This document shows positions 23,874-24,955 of a stretch of DNA of 24,955 nucleotides, one piece after another. The translations under genes were made by a program, and so were the position numbers. The notes under the pieces were generated by a model. It saw only the letters and a program-made list of their open reading frames with translations. It had not been told where the DNA came from and did no database searches. How positions within the stretch are numbered: position 1 is the first letter of the stretch; every line of letters starts with the position of its first letter. Source of the DNA: a virus (Duplodnaviria > Caudoviricetes); IMG/VR virus record IMGVR_UViG_3300032253_000139, positions 1 through 24,955 of that record. One strand, given 5' to 3'.

Positions 23874-24269
23874 ATGACGAAGCCAGTAAAGAAAACAACC
23901 GCGAAGAAGACCCCAGCCAAGAAGCCCACACGGGCCAACACGGCCGCGACTGTCGCCAAATCCAAGCCCAAGGCGAGCACGAAGGCCATGCCCGCCAAGA
24001 ACGCGACACAGCCCAAGCAGGTGGCCAAACAGGCGACCAAAACCAAACGCGTATCCGGGCTTGACCTGGCCGCCAAGGTCCTCGCCGATTCGAAGGAGCC
24101 GCTGAAGGCCAAGGCCATCGCTGAACGGGCGATCGCCGCGGGCTGGCAAGCCACCGGCAAGACCCCGCACGCGACGCTCTACGCCGCGATGATCCGCGAG
24201 ATCGCCAAGAAGGGCAAGGATGCCCGGTTCAAGAAGACCGATCGCGGACTCTTCACCGCGAGCAAGTAG
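23874..24269 (+). CDS. HARE-HTH winged-helix protein with Lys/Ala/Thr-rich N-terminal tail
   Basis: SGLDLAAKVLADSKEPL...GKTPHATLYAAMIREI...RFKKTDRGLF; AAAGGA RBS. Confidence 0.85.
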   Translation: MTKPVKKTTAKKTPAKKPTRANTAATVAKSKPKASTKAMPAKNATQPKQVAKQATKTKRVSGLDLAAKVLADSKEPLKAKAIAERAIAAGWQATGKTPHATLYAAMIREIAKKGKDARFKKTDRGLFTASK

Positions 24270-24274
24270 ACGGT

Positions 24275-24955
24275 TCATCCTCCGCCCCCTTCTTCAGCCT
24301 CGGCACTCGCCGGGGCTGTTTCTCCGGCGTCAGCATTCAATGCAACCCGCTCCGCTTTCTTGCCGGTGAACTCTTCCCATCGCTGAACAATCACATCGCA
24401 GTACGCCGGGTCGATCTCCATGAGGTAGGCGTGGCGATCGGCTTGTTCGCAAGCGATCAGCGTCGAGCCGGAGCCGCCGAAGAGGTCGAGCACCCGTTCG
24501 CCCGGCCGCGATGAATATTGGATCGAACGCACCGCCAGCTCGACGGGCTTCTCGGTGAGGTGAACCATGCTTTGCGGGTTGACCTTCTTGATGTGCCAGA
24601 GGTCGGTCGCGTTGGTCGGGCCGAAGAACTTGTGCCCGGCCCCCTCGCGCCAGCCGTAGAAGCAGATCTCGAACGCCCCCATGAAGTCCTTGCGGGTGAG
24701 CACGGGGTGTTGTTTGTCCCAGACGATGCCTTGACTGAAGTACAGCTCGCTCGCTTTGAGCGGGGCGGGGTAGTTGCCGAGATTGGCGTAGCCGCCCCAT
24801 ATGTAGAACGACCCGCCCGGCTTGAGCACACGGCTGATGTTCCCGAACCACGCCAGTAGCATCTCATCGAATGCCTCGTCTGTGACGAAGTCGTTTTCGA
24901 GCGGCCGGTCTTTCGCCCGCATTTTTTTCTGCGTCGGCTTGGCCTTCTCGGGATG
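24275..24955 (-). CDS. Phage DNA modification methylase (N4/N6 family), 5'-truncated by the window edge
   Basis: HLTEKPVEL, VLDLFGGSGSTLIACE, MEIDPAYCDVIVQRW. The frame stays open to base 24955 (HPEKAKPTQKKMRA). Confidence 0.9.
   Translation of the reverse strand, partial: HPEKAKPTQKKMRAKDRPLENDFVTDEAFDEMLLAWFGNISRVLKPGGSFYIWGGYANLGNYPAPLKASELYFSQGIVWDKQHPVLTRKDFMGAFEICFYGWREGAGHKFFGPTNATDLWHIKKVNPQSMVHLTEKPVELAVRSIQYSSRPGERVLDLFGGSGSTLIACEQADRHAYLMEIDPAYCDVIVQRWEEFTGKKAERVALNADAGETAPASAEAEEGGGG

Larger units (their letters stand above)
4517..24955 (-). mobile_element. Prophage (siphovirus-like packaging, head, neck and tail modules); continues beyond the right edge, left end not defined
   Basis: Canonical order terS-terL-portal-protease/capsid-neck-tail tube-chaperones-TMP with many ATGA overlaps. 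No sheath gene is visible. Confidence 0.93.

Overview
Most of the window (about 4.5 kb to the right edge, mainly minus strand) is the packaging and virion-morphogenesis arm of a lambdoid/siphovirus-type prophage. In transcription order it encodes a DNA methylase (cut by the window edge), a TerS-like HTH protein, a GpA-type large terminase, a lambda-type portal, a fused protease-capsid protein, a DUF2190 protein, neck proteins, a tail tube, G/T-like chaperones, a tape measure protein and two putative tail-tip proteins. Where tail fibres would be expected, the operon ends in an unusual three-gene cassette: a SAM methyltransferase, a Maf/CstII-like glycosyltransferase-fold protein, and a Gly/Ser-rich protein split by an intact-looking Hint (intein-like) autoprocessing domain. 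An AbiEi/AbiEii type IV toxin-antitoxin pair is inserted in antisense between terminase and portal, with a four-box operator and a sigma70-type promoter. The left 4.3 kb is a type I R-M-like defence operon: a decayed HTH gene, hsdM, DUF4145/HEPN, a half-size single-TRD hsdS, and a PD-(D/E)xK nuclease-like ORF that is missing from the ORF track and runs off the left edge. The gene families resemble prophages I associate with Planctomycetota, but this is unverified. All family calls come from motif recognition by eye, not database searches.
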